A stretch of 64,000 bases of DNA from Eledone cirrhosa (lineage: Eukaryota), in the NCBI GenBank assembly GCA_964016885.1, contig OZ024741.1, forward strand, positions 266,414,001-266,478,000, in the 5' to 3' direction. This document shows, piece after piece, positions 61,491 to 64,000 of the stretch. Positions within the stretch are counted from its first letter, which is position 1. Every line of letters starts with the position of its first letter. The position numbers and the translations under genes were made by a program. The notes under the pieces are model-generated. The model had not been told where the DNA came from, did not search any database, and worked only from the letters and a program-made list of their open reading frames with translations.

Positions 61491-62439
61491 ATGAAAGGAA
61501 GTCGTTTTTATCCATTATCTTTGATTGGATCACTCTGACTGGCCCAGGCCCCTTCATATTAAATATCATACTGACCTTTTGTTTTTGGTTATCAATTGTC
61601 ACTTGGATGTTTTCTTGTTTCTGCACTTTTTGTGCCTGAATTTCTACATCTTTTAACAATAACACTTCTACATTGTATAACATAGGATTATCCTAAATAT
61701 CACTCCTAAATATTTTGCTTTCATCCACATTCAGGCTTATATAATTCTTGCTCTTCCCCTCAATGTGTGTGTGAATGTGAGTGTCTATGTTACTGTGTAT
61801 GTATGTGTGTATGTATGTTTGTTGTCTTTTATGCCATATCATATCTGATGGTTGGTAAACATACGATGAACTGTTATGACGTGTGTGTATATACGTGTGT
61901 ATGTATGTATGTATATTATTATCGGTCATCAACATATATTTTCATACATATAGCCTCATTAGCAAAACATAACAACAAATGCATTACTAGGGACCACTGC
62001 ATGGAGATGAGGTCAGCTCTGTCCTCTAAAACTTCATGGCTGTAATTCAAGTGATGAGTTTGTAGCCTTATTTTCTACTAACTTCAACATTAAATATTCA
62101 ACAACAACAACAACATACATCAACATCAAGTACTATCTAATTACTTAAATACTAAAACACAGGACAATCACAAAGAAACAATAGCATTTGAGGTACTTAG
62201 CAACACTCAGCACTAGATATCATCTTTGTAAAGTTTGACAGTAATCTTTTGTTCATGTTGGTGCATTTCATATCTATTGTCTTCTAATTAAAACCTTTTT
62301 GATACGAATTCACCTGAAACTGGCCTGCTTCTAATATACAAAGCTATTTATTTTAAAAACCTACTATCATAATTTTTTGCAAGAATCTTTGTATATATGT
62401 TCCAAACATCAGCTTATTAATGAGAAAATGTGTTGTTGT

Positions 62440-62950
62440 TCTTCTTGAGTCATCTTTCCTTTAATGGTGAAGCATACACAAAGTTCTTATTCCAGACTTC
62501 CCGATCTCTCATCACAGCAAGAAGATCCCATCCAGTGAGGCCAGTGTCCCTCCCCAACAGAGTACCAATGGTTTTGTTTGGACGTCCTACTTGGCGCTTT
62601 GCATCTGGTGGTCAGAGAAGCAATTTACATGTTCATCATGGTGGGAAGAGGTCGAACTTTCAATGTGAAACTTATAGCAGCTTACCATAAAGAACTTTGT
62701 TGGTTGTGTGACTTTGCCATGAAATGTTGAACACCACTCATATCTTGGTGTAGGAACTATCTAGTCTCCTTGAGCAAGTGACACTGAGAGTTCAGGATTC
62801 TGAACCATATAGTAATATGGTTTCAATTGTATCTATGAAGACTTTGCACTTGGTAGATCTTGGGATGAGGGCTTTCCAAACTTTTTGTAGTGAATTTATT
62901 GCGCCCCCATACTTAACCAATTCCGGTGGACATATCATGTTCAGAGTCAG
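62440..62950 (-). mobile_element. Degenerate RTE-X-like LINE 3' fragment
   Basis: LQKVWK..IETILLYGSES..FNISWQSH..GRP..RDTGL..MRDREVW. Confidence 0.75.
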
Positions 62951-63154
62951 TGTAAAATGAAAAAAAGAAATTAACAAAGTTTGTTATATATTAATAAATT
63001 TTTTGAAATCCATGATTATATTCAAAATGATTTAAAAATTATACACAGTGTCTTTCATTAGAAATGGGGTCATGAAATAGTTAACTCTTTTGATGCAAGC
63101 ACCAGAAACCAACCCTGGTTCTATAATACAAAATCAGTTAATTTAAAGTATTTA

Positions 63155-63445
63155 TCATCATCATCATCATCATCGTTTAACGTCTATCTTCCACGTTAGT
63201 ATGGGTTAGACAGGAATTGTCCCACTAGAAGCTAGATTTATCAAGTGACTGTCTCACTCGTATAGGACTGATCTGGCAGGTTTTCTAAGGCTGGATGCCC
63301 TTTCTAACACCAACCACATTTACAGTGTGAACTGGGAGCCTTTTTACCGTGTCTCCTACACGACCACATTACAGTGTGGACTGGATGCTTTTTGTCGTGA
63401 CATTTACACGACCACTTTACAGTATGGACTTGATGTTCTGTGGTA
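63155..63445 (-). mobile_element. RTE 3' UTR/tail fragment
   Basis: (cat)n cgtttaacgtc..ggctggatgccc..aacaccaacc, plus 47-bp UTR units. Confidence 0.8.
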
Positions 63446-63799
63446 ACAACATATCTAAAAACCTTCCATCATAATTTTATGTCAGAACCTTAGTTATATT
63501 TGAAGCAACAGATGTGAGTCAGTTATTCTACTAAATCCCTTCAAATTCTTGATTATTTTCAACATTATTTGAAGACCATAAGTAGTGTCTTTCATTAAAA
63601 ATATGATAATTAAAGGGTTAACCATTTTGTTACAATATTTTTAATGAAATACTCTGTATTTCAATTAATTAATGAATAATTTGGAAGGATAATTTAATAT
63701 TATTCATCATTTCATTATTCAGATAGTATTTGTAACATAATTTAACACAAGGTTTTTTTTATGTAAAATTATGTTGGAAGATTTCTATATAAATAGTAA

Positions 63800-63995
63800 C
63801 CCTTTAGCATTTACATTACTCTATATATACTATTATATTTTCACGGTAATGGCTTTACCTCACATAACCTCAAATCTATGAGATTTTGATATTATCTATT
63901 TTGAGAACAGTACCTTAAAATCAGTATGAGCAGCTGGTTACAGTCGATTTGAACAGAAAGAGGAGAGAATTCTGGCTGGTTTAAACACTAAAGGG
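63800..63995. mobile_element. ~200-bp piggyBac-type MITE
   Basis: gtaa|ccctttagcattt ... aaacactaaaggg|ttaa; homologous to 12194-12387. Confidence 0.8.
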
Positions 63996-64000
63996 TTAAA

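Larger units (their letters stand above)
59021..61764 (-). pseudogene. Fossil R4/Dong-like RT ORF broken into collinear pieces by four insertions
   Basis: ESKIFRSDI*D..KQENIQVT..NMKGPGP / QLNACL..VPVWMTTGRTLLCVKD / [28 protein letters not shown] / IFQDDRMSPLLFV..LNHLLFTDDLK..EFGLTKC. Confidence 0.85.

Overview
AT-rich, repeat-dominated animal genomic DNA. The repeat families and microsatellite load suggest an octopus or other cephalopod (inference). The only host gene I can support is the last two coding exons of a DMAC2/ATP5SL-like gene (857-1019, 5419-5584, + strand). The rest is RTE-clade and R4/Dong-like (RLE) non-LTR retrotransposon fragments, two tRNA-derived SINE families, piggyBac-type TTAA MITEs, long minisatellites (several seeded from retroelement pieces) and microsatellites. 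Most ORFs in the supplied track are repeat artefacts. The most notable signal is a cluster of type I hammerhead ribozyme (HHR) motifs at about 33.2-36.0 kb. Two unrelated non-coding elements (557 and 485 bp period) each consist of a monomer plus a terminal direct repeat, and in both the repeat boundary lies within about 10 nt of the predicted HHR cleavage site. They sit tail-to-tail on one (TA)n tract, and one has a compensatory U3-A8 core and a 22-bp G.U-rich helix III. Nearby are inverted and fold-back HHR derivatives. This looks like a retrozyme or non-autonomous Penelope-like system. All calls were made by eye; no searches were run.
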